Origin: a virus
Lineage: Duplodnaviria; Caudoviricetes
IMG/VR virus record: IMGVR_UViG_3300020460_000012
Reading direction: 5' to 3' (one strand)
DNA: 64,000 nucleotides
Part shown: positions 9,653-18,814 of the stretch, piece by piece
How the letters are laid out: each line of letters starts with the position of its first letter
Numbering within the stretch: the first letter of the stretch is position 1
Program-made: the position numbers and the translations under genes
Notes under the pieces: model-generated
What the model saw: the letters and a program-made list of their open reading frames with translations, nothing else
Told to the model about the DNA's origin: nothing
The model's database searches: none

Positions 9653-10741
9653 TTAAGACGCCTGAGCGGCCTTAATATACTTGCCATATCGCTCGTGGAA
9701 TTCGTCAAAGCATTCCACTGCGTCTGGGTCAATGGGTAACGAATATTGAGTAAGTGCGAGCTTTATGCCCATTACAACTAACTCAGTATCAAAGTTATCC
9801 ATTGAAAATCGCAGGAAGTTGTTGACTTTATCGTCAAACTTTTTGTCACCTTTATCACATGCTTCTTTCAGCTCGTAACATAATGACACAGTGAGGGAAT
9901 ACATAGCACTGATTTCTTTACTGGTCATCTCAGTGACCTTCCCTGCGAGTATATCAGTTGGATTAGGCATTTGACTAGCAACCTTACGGTGTGCCATAAA
10001 CTTCACTGCTAGTCCTTCACCAACTGCACCACTAACCAAATCGGTTGTAGTGGATTCGTCTACATCGTCATCCAATAATTCTGAAATGAACGACCACGAA
10101 CGAGGTGTTGCAAAAGAACGACTTGGACTTTTCGGATCAAAGTCATATAAGTCTTTCTTCGCAAAAGTTAAGTAACCAACAACGTCTTGGTGTTGGTCGT
10201 TAGTAACAGCCCACTGAAACCAGTCGTCCCAAACAACTGTAAGTTCAATATGGATAAATCTGTTAGCCAACGGAGCAGGCATTCTGTATGTAACACCTTT
10301 GTCGGCCTCTCTGTTACCAGCGGCAATAATTAAAACGTTATCTGGAAGCTTATACTGTCCAATACGTCTGTTAAGTATAAGTTGATAAGCCGCCGCTTGC
10401 ACACTAGGTGCCGCGGAATTCATCTCATCTAAAAATAACACAACATAGTCAAATTGTGCCGCAAATTCTTCACTAGGTAATTCTGCAGGAGGTGCCCAAA
10501 CCATTGTGCCTGCATTGCTATCAAAATACGGAATACCTTTAATATCTGTAGGTTCCCATAGTGATAGTCGAATATCAATTAAATGACTGTTACCTAAGTC
10601 ATTTGTAATCTGTCCAACAATATCGGACTTACCAATGCCTGGGGGTCCCCATAAGAAGATTGGACGTTTCTTCGTCATAGCATGTCTAATGCTCTTCTTA
10701 GCTTGGTTTGGTCCTACTGTTCTAAGTGCTGTCTGTTCCAT
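9653..10741 (-). CDS. MoxR-like AAA+ ATPase
   Basis: Walker A GPPGIGKS, Walker B FLDEMN, AAGNR and PLANRF motifs. Start moved to the ATG at 10741 (GAGG SD). Confidence 0.9.
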   Translation of the reverse strand: MEQTALRTVGPNQAKKSIRHAMTKKRPIFLWGPPGIGKSDIVGQITNDLGNSHLIDIRLSLWEPTDIKGIPYFDSNAGTMVWAPPAELPSEEFAAQFDYVVLFLDEMNSAAPSVQAAAYQLILNRRIGQYKLPDNVLIIAAGNREADKGVTYRMPAPLANRFIHIELTVVWDDWFQWAVTNDQHQDVVGYLTFAKKDLYDFDPKSPSRSFATPRSWSFISELLDDDVDESTTTDLVSGAVGEGLAVKFMAHRKVASQMPNPTDILAGKVTEMTSKEISAMYSLTVSLCYELKEACDKGDKKFDDKVNNFLRFSMDNFDTELVVMGIKLALTQYSLPIDPDAVECFDEFHERYGKYIKAAQAS

Positions 10742-10807
10742 TGTATTTCCCTCTGTATCTAACATAAGTGTTAAAGTTATCAGTGCTAATTTCTAACTTA
10801 TATATAC

Positions 10808-10835
10808 AGTATAGCACCTTTTACATAAATGTCAA
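10808..10835 (-). promoter_or_regulatory. Sigma70-like promoter
   Basis: TTGACA-16-TATACT with extended TGn. Confidence 0.7.
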
Positions 10836-10854
10836 CCGGAAAATACGTTTTTTT

Positions 10855-11517
10855 TTAAAAAAGATTAGAAATTTCTTGTGCAGATTTTGTATTAAAATCA
10901 ATGCCAACATTAATTCGTAAGCTATTAGGATTATCTTTTTGGACACTATGCCATTCAAAATGGTTAAAAATTAACCATTTATCTTCTACTAATTCAGCTT
11001 GGTCTGCTACTTCTAGCTTCCTTACATCAGGAATTCTGTATTCGTCAATAACCTTAAAATCTTCTGTATTCTTCCACCAAGTAGTTTTTTCTTTGTCTCC
11101 TTTTAGTAATCTAAATATGCTAGCCTTTCTATAATGTCCTTTATGCGGATAAAGCATGGTGCCGCCAGTGCTTACTTGTAAAATAGGTTCCATTTCGTCT
11201 CTACCTAGATCTTTAATACAATCTGGTAGGCTATCTATTAATTCGTCAGCTAAGTCATCTGGTAAACTGTATTGGCTAAATTCCAATCTTGTAGCACCCG
11301 GAAACTTACGAAGCATTAATAGTTTCCTTCTCATTAGTTCTTTAGCATCTCTAACACCGACTATTTGCTCCATTTCTTTTATGGTACTGCTATGACTTAA
11401 TCGTCTCCATGCTGGATTTCTTAGAATAAATTTATCTAAAGGTGTATTTTTGATCTTTTCACATATGTCGGTTGAAAATTCATTTTCAATATATTTGTAA
11501 TACATACTATCGCTCAT
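10855..11517 (-). CDS. Putative 2OG-Fe(II)/cupin oxygenase-like protein
   Basis: PHKGH...FNHFEWHSV..RINVGIDF pattern. Confidence 0.55.
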   Translation of the reverse strand: MSDSMYYKYIENEFSTDICEKIKNTPLDKFILRNPAWRRLSHSSTIKEMEQIVGVRDAKELMRRKLLMLRKFPGATRLEFSQYSLPDDLADELIDSLPDCIKDLGRDEMEPILQVSTGGTMLYPHKGHYRKASIFRLLKGDKEKTTWWKNTEDFKVIDEYRIPDVRKLEVADQAELVEDKWLIFNHFEWHSVQKDNPNSLRINVGIDFNTKSAQEISNLF

Positions 11518-12091
11518 ATTGTATATTGAAGCTAATACTAATTCTTTCGTGGTCTGTTGTATTTGTATATGTACCGTGTTCTAATACTCCAGGCCATAAA
11601 CCTATCAAACCTTCTTTAGCTTGTATTTGTTGATCTCCATTTATACAACCATATATAAAATTTGGAGTTAGTAGTTGTAATGGAGTTTGGAAATAAATGT
11701 TGCCGTCACGTTCGTTGGTTTGTAAATAGTATACACCAGCTATATCATTTGCACCATGATCATGCCTATGTGCATATTGTCCTTTACATGTTTTTGTAAA
11801 CCAACTTTGTGTAATGTGATATTTTCTTTCAAACTGAAATCCAATTTGGTCTAAGTAATTGTTGAGGCTTTTATCTAAAAAATTTAAAAATAATTTACAA
11901 TCCATATCTGTAAGGATATCTCTGGTAAATGGGTCTTCGCTTAGATAGTGCGTATCTTTACCCCAACCTTTCTTTCTAGAAAATTTTAATTTTTGGTATG
12001 TTAAAAATAATTCATTTTGAATGGCTTTAAATTTCTCGCCATGCACTTGATCCCAATACATAGGAGTAGGAAAATGGCCCTGTGTTGGCAT
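11507..12091 (-). CDS. Putative 2OG-Fe(II) oxygenase
   Basis: HDH..IAGVYYLQ, WPGVLEHG and RISISFN motifs. Confidence 0.8.
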   Translation of the reverse strand: MPTQGHFPTPMYWDQVHGEKFKAIQNELFLTYQKLKFSRKKGWGKDTHYLSEDPFTRDILTDMDCKLFLNFLDKSLNNYLDQIGFQFERKYHITQSWFTKTCKGQYAHRHDHGANDIAGVYYLQTNERDGNIYFQTPLQLLTPNFIYGCINGDQQIQAKEGLIGLWPGVLEHGTYTNTTDHERISISFNIQYER

Positions 12092-12597
12092 TATATCTCC
12101 TCTAAGCTTGGTAGTTGTCCTGTTATTTGTAATGTATAACGGTCCGTAAGACCTATATTAGCCGCACTATGCCGACAAAAAGCATCAAATAACACAAATT
12201 CTCCTCGCTTGTAATTTACTATTGCCCTATGTTCTATATCAAAATAATGCCCCGGCTCCCAGTCTTGTAATACAATTACTGCTCGCCAAACCTTAGATTT
12301 TTCAACATTAAATAATTTTTGGTATGTTAAAAAGTGGTCTACATGTCTTGGCATAATATCTCCTGTGGACATTTTATAAAATGTAAATCCACAATTTGAT
12401 AGACCTATTTTTTGTGCAATAGTGTTAAGCCATTCAAAGTTTTCTTTGACTACACACATTTCGCCAGTAAAACTATCATGTTTATAACCTTGGCGTTTCC
12501 ATTCTGTTATATCATCTGCATACGCAGATTGTTTTTTATAATTTAATTTTTTATACTCATCATTTACGGGAAGATCTACTTGTCCTTGAAACCACAT
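12091..12597 (-). CDS. Putative 2OG-Fe(II)/Asp-Asn hydroxylase-like cupin
   Basis: PRHVD...HSAANIG..RYTLQITG motifs. Confidence 0.7.
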   Translation of the reverse strand: MWFQGQVDLPVNDEYKKLNYKKQSAYADDITEWKRQGYKHDSFTGEMCVVKENFEWLNTIAQKIGLSNCGFTFYKMSTGDIMPRHVDHFLTYQKLFNVEKSKVWRAVIVLQDWEPGHYFDIEHRAIVNYKRGEFVLFDAFCRHSAANIGLTDRYTLQITGQLPSLEEI

Positions 12598-12599
12598 TA

Positions 12600-12986
12600 T
12601 TAACCTTTCTCTGTTGTTCTTGACATTGCCTTTGTTAAACCATATTTTCTTAAGTCTCCTGAAAAAAGACTAAGTTCGACTGCTTTCTTTTCGTTTGTAA
12701 CAACAATAGATCTTGGTCCAATATAGTAAGGACAATCTATAAACTTATCTAAGAATATTATTACCTGTGTAGTCAAAGGCATATCTTTTGGGTAAGGTAC
12801 ATCATATGTTGCTAAATCGATTTCATTAATTACGTCAAATCCAGCTTCTGTTAATCTAAGTCCTCCTTGGCCTTTATCCCTTGTGTTTTTCCACCACAAA
12901 GGCATAAATTCTTTAATTGATACTTCGTTTGCACTTTTACCTTGTTCTTTTAAAAAGATTTTGGTATATGCTTCTTTCCAGTTCAT
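12600..12986 (-). CDS. Hypothetical phage protein
   Basis: 128-aa ORF coupled within the operon. Confidence 0.7.
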   Translation of the reverse strand: MNWKEAYTKIFLKEQGKSANEVSIKEFMPLWWKNTRDKGQGGLRLTEAGFDVINEIDLATYDVPYPKDMPLTTQVIIFLDKFIDCPYYIGPRSIVVTNEKKAVELSLFSGDLRKYGLTKAMSRTTEKG

Positions 12987-13273
12987 TCCTCTGTAACTAC
13001 TTCGCCATCGGTAAGTTTGTACACTGCAAATGCTTCGCTGTCGAACATATCATTTAGTTTTTTAGCTAGATTGTGTGCATGTCCTGGATTTGAAAAAGAA
13101 ACTTTCTTATACTTTGGGCCAGGGTAATTTGTTAGCATATTTGCACTTTTTAAATTAAATGGCTTTTCTTGATAAAACACAGCCCAAATAGCTTCAGCTT
13201 CTAATACTTGATCTGCCTTATAATTGTCGTTATTAATATGCTCTAGAATTACTGTTGGTTTCGGTCTGCTCAT
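12983..13273 (-). CDS. Hypothetical phage protein
   Basis: 96-aa ORF preceded by a GATAAATA motif at 13312-13319. Confidence 0.7.
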   Translation of the reverse strand: MSRPKPTVILEHINNDNYKADQVLEAEAIWAVFYQEKPFNLKSANMLTNYPGPKYKKVSFSNPGHAHNLAKKLNDMFDSEAFAVYKLTDGEVVTEE

Positions 13274-13331
13274 ATACGTATCCTTCTATTAACTACGTAT
13301 ATATTTATCTCTTTTTACATTAACTGCATAC

Positions 13332-13574
13332 TTATTTCCAGCCTGCACCTCCATCTACATTAACTTCTATTACTTCATCTGACTTAGTGCTTTCTGCAAC
13401 TAATTTTTCAAGATCTCCTTCAAGTCTTGACATAACTATACCCAATGTAAATGCTAAATTTTTAGCAGTAGCAATATCTATATTAACATTTCTAGCTTGA
13501 CTTTGGTCAGCACTTTTTACTGTTTGAATAAATTGCTGAATAGGTATAGTGTTTAGTGTATTATCTATTGGCAA
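13332..13574 (-). CDS. Hypothetical protein
   Basis: 80-aa ORF overlapping its upstream neighbour. Confidence 0.65.
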   Translation of the reverse strand: MPIDNTLNTIPIQQFIQTVKSADQSQARNVNIDIATAKNLAFTLGIVMSRLEGDLEKLVAESTKSDEVIEVNVDGGAGWK

Positions 13575-14028
13575 TTGACAACTCCTGCCTCATCTCAACA
13601 TCAGTTTTAAAAGGCCCTTTTGATTCATATCGTTCTATTGTTACTAGCTTAGGACAAAAACTTTTGACCCAACCCTTGTCGAAATGTATAATATAATATC
13701 CTGCACAATATAAACTATTAGATTTTGACGATTTTGTAAAAAGAGGTAATTTACGTTTTACATCATACATAGTGTTGTATGGTGTTACACTTGTAGGAAA
13801 GCCATGCACGATTTTTTCAGAATTTTTAATTTTTTTCGGTACATCGTTATCCCAAGTAATAGTTCCTAATTTTTTGCTTATTTGTCTTTGATTGTCAAAA
13901 AAGCATGTTTCATCATTACAAGAATAAAGATACCTATCATCATTATAGCTTAGTGTGCCTACCTTTTGCCCATTATCCTCAACAATCCAAAATTTATTTT
14001 TTAAAACTGTACTAATTTTTATTGTCAT
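13561..14028 (-). CDS. Hypothetical protein
   Basis: Start moved to the ATG at 14028 (ATGA overlap with the exonuclease stop). Confidence 0.65.
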   Translation of the reverse strand: MTIKISTVLKNKFWIVEDNGQKVGTLSYNDDRYLYSCNDETCFFDNQRQISKKLGTITWDNDVPKKIKNSEKIVHGFPTSVTPYNTMYDVKRKLPLFTKSSKSNSLYCAGYYIIHFDKGWVKSFCPKLVTIERYESKGPFKTDVEMRQELSIANR

Positions 14029-15011
14029 GCAGGGTACCTCGCTTGTAATGGTTGGGCATAATGAGAAGCCTGGTCTGCAATTTTCTGCATATCCCATTTT
14101 GCACAAAATTTCATAAGACGCATACCAACTTGTGAAATTTCTTTAGGAGTCATCGACTCTTCTATCACATCATTTATAATACTACGAATGTTACCAGGTT
14201 GTGCAGACAAATCACATAATATTACATTTCTATTGTAATCATCTAATACACGATGTTCTACACCTTCATGATCTACCCAACGTTGTAGCATCATATTATT
14301 CCAGTTAAACCCTTTTGTATCTTTATCAGCAAATGCTTCTATAAGGCCGACTTTGTTCTTAGTGCCTTTTTTACGTACACCAGGATAAGCAGAAAAGACG
14401 TTATCGCTTGTGTCACCACGCATACATTTTTCAAATAACATAAATGCAGGATCTGGAGCAGGCTTTGCTTCTTTAGTTTTTTTATCAATTACAGGAGCAC
14501 CTTTGTCTGTAAAATAACCTTCATGTGTAATTGTTGTATTACTTACACCGTTATACTGTTTTACATTAGGTGCAATAAGTTGTGCAAAGTCACCATCAGT
14601 AGATATAATAACATGATTGTCACGCGGATGAGATTGTATCCAACCTGCAATAAGATCATCAGCTTCTAGCTGGGAATGTTGCATAACTGTGCAATTTGTT
14701 TTATCTGTAACAAAGTTTTTAAATTCGTCGAATACTTCCCAAAAAAGGGTATCTTCTTCAGCCTCTTTAGCAGTAAGAGCATCACGTGCTACTTGCCTAT
14801 TTCTTTTGTAAGGCTCATAAAAATCCTTACGCCAACTACGACCTTCTAGACAAAAAACAACATGATCTGCATCAAAGTCTTGCCATGCCTTTTTAATACT
14901 ATTAAGAGTAATATGGAGAGCCATACCTACTTTAGTATCAAGATCACCACGGACTACGTGTCTAGCACGAAAGAATGTATTTGCAGTATCAACTAGTACA
15001 TATGTACTCAT
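14025..15011 (-). CDS. 5'-3' exonuclease / RNase H (FEN-like)
   Basis: LVDTAN, EGRSWRK..YK.NR, LEADD, STDGDF and RGDTSDN motifs. Confidence 0.9.
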   Translation of the reverse strand: MSTYVLVDTANTFFRARHVVRGDLDTKVGMALHITLNSIKKAWQDFDADHVVFCLEGRSWRKDFYEPYKRNRQVARDALTAKEAEEDTLFWEVFDEFKNFVTDKTNCTVMQHSQLEADDLIAGWIQSHPRDNHVIISTDGDFAQLIAPNVKQYNGVSNTTITHEGYFTDKGAPVIDKKTKEAKPAPDPAFMLFEKCMRGDTSDNVFSAYPGVRKKGTKNKVGLIEAFADKDTKGFNWNNMMLQRWVDHEGVEHRVLDDYNRNVILCDLSAQPGNIRSIINDVIEESMTPKEISQVGMRLMKFCAKWDMQKIADQASHYAQPLQARYPA

Positions 15012-15040
15012 AAGTCAGTCCTTTACTAAAATTATAGTTT

Positions 15041-15069
15041 ATTATAACATATGAATAAATCTTTGTCAA
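15041..15069 (-). promoter_or_regulatory. Sigma70-like promoter
   Basis: TTGACA-17-TATAAT consensus. Confidence 0.75.
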
Positions 15070-15070
15070 C

Positions 15071-15802
15071 TCAAAGTTTGAAATATTCTGTGTTATTATC
15101 AGAATCATGTTCTTTTTTTAAGTCTGGCTTTTTAAAGAACTTTTCTGGATCAATAAAGGTCCTATGCTCCAAATGTTCTAGACATCCGAAGTATGGAGGC
15201 ATATACAAGTATATGTCCATTGCTAAACTTACTCTTGGTTCTTCTCCCTCATATACTGGAACAAAATGTTCTACATATCCAGGAAAAAATGTTAAGCCTC
15301 CTTTTACATTTGGTAATGACACAGCCATTTCCATATGTTCATAAACTGTGCTACTATCTTTATAGTCGTCCAAATGCATATTTGCACTTAGATAAGTAGA
15401 TTCTCCCGCACAATGTCGGTGTGTATCAATTTTATCACCTTTACGTAATATATTATACCAACAAGTAAAATGTAAATGATAGGGCTGGGTTTTATCTTGG
15501 AATATAAATTCTGCCCATTGAAATCTTATAAATTCAAGCAAATCTTTCAATTCAGGACATTCATCTGCAAAGTCAAATACATGATATCTACCATATCTAG
15601 TAGTAACTTTATCTTCATCTAATCCTGTTCTTCCTTGTCCTTGCCACGGAAGTTTTAGGACTTCTTCTTCTTTTCCTATTAAGAAATTTCTTATTGTATC
15701 TATTTTATCTTTCTGATCCCACTGTGCAAATCCTAGTGGTGCGTCCCATGAAGGAGCATAAGGGGTTACAGGCTGTTGGCTCTTTAACCTTGTAATGTGC
15801 AT
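15071..15802 (-). CDS. Putative 2OG-Fe(II) oxygenase
   Basis: HRH..YLSANMH, FFPGYVEH and RVSLAMD motifs. Confidence 0.7.
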   Translation of the reverse strand: MHITRLKSQQPVTPYAPSWDAPLGFAQWDQKDKIDTIRNFLIGKEEEVLKLPWQGQGRTGLDEDKVTTRYGRYHVFDFADECPELKDLLEFIRFQWAEFIFQDKTQPYHLHFTCWYNILRKGDKIDTHRHCAGESTYLSANMHLDDYKDSSTVYEHMEMAVSLPNVKGGLTFFPGYVEHFVPVYEGEEPRVSLAMDIYLYMPPYFGCLEHLEHRTFIDPEKFFKKPDLKKEHDSDNNTEYFKL

Positions 15803-16209
15803 TAAGACACCTCAGACTTTCCCTTGTCAATAGGTACAACATTTATGTATCCCATATCTCTGTCTGTAGATTGTCCTTCTTCTTCTAGCATTTGTATAAC
15901 AATGCTTCTAAACCAAGCATCAACAATAGCTTCATTTGTTTCGCCACTGTATCCTGCGTCAAGTAGTTCTTCAATAAATTGATTGTTCCAATCAAGTTCG
16001 AAGAATCCGTTTTTAATATTTTCAGGATTTACCTGCGTATCGAGTACTGCTACCCAAGCTTTGCCCGCTTTAGTTGCTTCTTGTTTTTCTTTTTCAAGAA
16101 CTGCTCTTCTTTCATCTTCTGAAGAAACTGGCACAACTTCTGGTTCGGGTTTCTTTCCTAACGTTTTGTTTACAAAATCTGCAAACCAAGATTTTTCATT
16201 TTTTGTCAT
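15802..16209 (-). CDS. Hypothetical phage protein
   Basis: Start moved to MTKNEK (GGAG SD); contains FFELDWN. Confidence 0.65.
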   Translation of the reverse strand: MTKNEKSWFADFVNKTLGKKPEPEVVPVSSEDERRAVLEKEKQEATKAGKAWVAVLDTQVNPENIKNGFFELDWNNQFIEELLDAGYSGETNEAIVDAWFRSIVIQMLEEEGQSTDRDMGYINVVPIDKGKSEVS

Positions 16210-16451
16210 ACAGTTATCTCCTCCTTCCTTACTTTTGATGCCCACCATTTGTCAAGTATAAAATACCAAACTGAATTGGCAATCGGTTCAACAATAGCGT
16301 CTGTAGCCGCTACTGATAAAGGTACATCTGCAATTAACATCAAGCAAGTAATTGCAATTATAAAATGTCCTATGGTGTATATTACTGTTCTTGTTAAAGA
16401 ACCTTTGCTTTCTCTAATTACATTCCATATTCCTACTGTTAGTTCTGTCAT
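16206..16451 (-). CDS. Small membrane protein (DUF2061-like)
   Basis: RTVIYTIGH...EPIANSVWYFILDKWW pattern with two hydrophobic segments. Confidence 0.6.
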   Translation of the reverse strand: MTELTVGIWNVIRESKGSLTRTVIYTIGHFIIAITCLMLIADVPLSVAATDAIVEPIANSVWYFILDKWWASKVRKEEITV

Positions 16452-16544
16452 ACTAACCCCTTTCTTCTAAGCTTTTCGATATCAATAGGCGCCTTCATAG
16501 CCTTATCGAGTTGCTCTTTGCCTTTGTCTTTTTCTTTGACTTTA

Positions 16545-17444
16545 TCAAGTACCCCACGCATTTCCGAATAAGGATATGTGGAGTCTTGGCGTAAATCTCC
16601 ATCCTCTTTCCATACACGCCTCCGCAACTTCTTGAACATTGAGATTATACTCTTCAGAGCGTCCCCCCAACGGCATAAGATATACCGGACAGTTGATCCC
16701 GGCGCTACGATACTCTTCGACAGCTCTAGTAACTTCATCAAAGTCATCTTGAGTAGCAACCACAAACTTAAGATAAAGATCACTACCATCCACATTGTAA
16801 TACTGACTAGCAATGTCAGGCTTAATAGCAGTATCCCAAGGTTCTCCGCTAACCGATAGTTTTGGGGAACAAGACCAAGTGATTTCAAATCTGTTTTGAT
16901 TGCTGAGATAGTCGACAAAATCATCGTGTAACTTTTGTGTAGTATTTGTTTCAAATGTAACATTTTTTAAATCTCGCATACGTGGATGATTAAATAGCTC
17001 AATGTAAAGCCGTTGCCACGCTAACAACGGTTCACCGCCAGTCATAATTAAGTGTATATCTTGTCCATTATCCTGTGTCCACTTACCTTGAGGAGTAAGT
17101 GATAGTAAATGTTCAACAACTTCATCAACTTCTGCTTGTTTGTTAAAATGTTTAAATTCAGGATATATACTTGCGTAAGTATCACAACCTGTATGTATAA
17201 TAGGTAAATCGTTAAATTCTACAGTTGTTTTATGTACTCCCCTTGCAATTAGATCAGCAACTTCAGCATTATGTTTTTTTCCTGCTTTATGTTGTTCCCA
17301 TCTATCTCTTTTTTCATCTGTACCAAAGTTCATACAACGAAAGTTACAACCAAATGTACGTAAAAAAACACTTGGCACTCCTACAAACTTGCCTTCACCT
17401 TGAACGCTATAAAAAGCTTCTGAGTATCTAAGCTTATTTCCCAC
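16545..17444 (-). CDS. queE: 7-carboxy-7-deazaguanine synthase (radical SAM)
   Basis: SEAFYSVQGEG, FLRTFGCNFRC, TGGEPLL, ETNT, CSPKL and RLHISL motifs; adjacent to folE. Confidence 0.9.
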   Translation of the reverse strand: MGNKLRYSEAFYSVQGEGKFVGVPSVFLRTFGCNFRCMNFGTDEKRDRWEQHKAGKKHNAEVADLIARGVHKTTVEFNDLPIIHTGCDTYASIYPEFKHFNKQAEVDEVVEHLLSLTPQGKWTQDNGQDIHLIMTGGEPLLAWQRLYIELFNHPRMRDLKNVTFETNTTQKLHDDFVDYLSNQNRFEITWSCSPKLSVSGEPWDTAIKPDIASQYYNVDGSDLYLKFVVATQDDFDEVTRAVEEYRSAGINCPVYLMPLGGRSEEYNLNVQEVAEACMERGWRFTPRLHISLFGNAWGT

Positions 17445-18123
17445 AAGCAAACTCCTGCTGAAGTTTTACATTGTCAATAAACTCTTTTTTAGTTGCAGGA
17501 TCATTTTTAAATGCACCACGTAACACTGTAGTCTGTGTCAAACTACTGTGGGCTCTGATACCTCTGTTTTCGCAACAACCATGTGTAGCTTGAACATAAA
17601 CTCCTACATGTTCGCTACCAGTTTCTTTTTGTATTGCATTTGCAATCATAACATTAAGTTCTTCTTGCAATGTTCCTCGCATAGCACACCATTGAGCAAT
17701 ACGTGTATATTTGCTTAGTCCTAATAATTTGGGTCCAGCAATGATACCAATATATGCTACACCTCTTACTGCTTGATGATGATGTGAACATAAACTTGTA
17801 AGTTCACTCCTAACAACCAACATACCTTCATAACCATTTTCGATGTAGTTAGGAAAACTACTTGGATTAGGCATTGGATCATAACGACCAGACATAATCT
17901 CATTGATATACATCTTAGCCATACGCCTTGCAGTATCTTGGCTGTTAGGATCTGTTTTCGTATCAATTAACAGTTTTTGTAATACATTTTCAAAAGCAGG
18001 AACTGCTTCTTCAATTAGTTGTTGCTTATCGCCTTCTTCAAGTACATCACTAATATTGTCATTAGCCCAATACCTAATACCAGCTTCTTCTAGCTTTTCT
18101 TTAATTTCTTCTACTTTGCTCAT
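17434..18123 (-). CDS. folE: GTP cyclohydrolase I
   Basis: SLCSHHH, GLSK..R, LQEEL and HGCCENRG motifs. Start moved to MSKVEE (GGAG SD). Confidence 0.95.
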   Translation of the reverse strand: MSKVEEIKEKLEEAGIRYWANDNISDVLEEGDKQQLIEEAVPAFENVLQKLLIDTKTDPNSQDTARRMAKMYINEIMSGRYDPMPNPSSFPNYIENGYEGMLVVRSELTSLCSHHHQAVRGVAYIGIIAGPKLLGLSKYTRIAQWCAMRGTLQEELNVMIANAIQKETGSEHVGVYVQATHGCCENRGIRAHSSLTQTTVLRGAFKNDPATKKEFIDNVKLQQEFACGK

Positions 18124-18179
18124 TTTTTTCTCCGATGTTGAGGCAGTGGATTGCCAATACAATGCATAATTTTATTATT

Positions 18180-18208
18180 ATTATACATTGTATTTAGGTT
18201 TTTGTCAA
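18180..18208 (-). promoter_or_regulatory. Sigma70-like promoter for folE-queE
   Basis: TTGACA-17-TATAAT consensus. Confidence 0.75.
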
Positions 18209-18423
18209 GCGTTTTCGCTTTTATCTCCAAAGTATTTGTCTAATACTTCAAGTTGATCATGGTAAGTAGCTATTTCGTTTAGTTCTTTTTCCATAGCTTC
18301 GATAACATCAGGATGTTCACCAATTCCTGCAGGATTATTTAGGTATACTTCAACATTACCGATGTGTTTTTGTATGTGTCCGTGTGCGTGGCTACGTAGA
18401 GCCTTTAGTAATTTATCTCTCAT
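18205..18423 (-). CDS. Conserved-looking small phage protein
   Basis: MRDKLL...NPAGIGEHPDV; start moved to 18423. Confidence 0.65.
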   Translation of the reverse strand: MRDKLLKALRSHAHGHIQKHIGNVEVYLNNPAGIGEHPDVIEAMEKELNEIATYHDQLEVLDKYFGDKSENA

Positions 18424-18814
18424 TTGCTTCCTCCGTAGATTTGTAATTACCTTTTGCTGGAATAACATGTCTGACTCCACCACGTGGATCTTCCATGTCT
18501 CCGTTTCTTCTAAATATTAAATGTACATGTGGGTACATGCATGTTTGTCCTGCACTCTCCCCTACATTTAATCCGACATTGTATCCAGTGATATTGTTAT
18601 TTTTACTTTCAACATTGTCGTATCCCATAGTAACTGCATAATTAAAACACTTCAAAATATTTTCTTGTGTTGCTTCTCTAGGTACAATAAGAGTATGTCC
18701 TTCTGTAACTGGAAAAGCATCTTTATAGACTATGAAATCTCTTGTCTCCAATTCAACGTCTGTCCATGGAGCTCTTTTTTGTTCTTGTGCTAGTGTAAGT
18801 GTGTCTGCCTTCAT
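18413..18814 (-). CDS. HIT family nucleotide hydrolase
   Basis: FPVTEGH and AGQT..HVHL HIT motif. Confidence 0.9.
   Translation of the reverse strand: MKADTLTLAQEQKRAPWTDVELETRDFIVYKDAFPVTEGHTLIVPREATQENILKCFNYAVTMGYDNVESKNNNITGYNVGLNVGESAGQTCMYPHVHLIFRRNGDMEDPRGGVRHVIPAKGNYKSTEEANER

Noticed and set aside
16448-16963. 171-aa ORF overlapping queE
   Set aside because: Mostly an alternate frame of queE; at most the last ~37 codons (from 16561) may be a real small gene.
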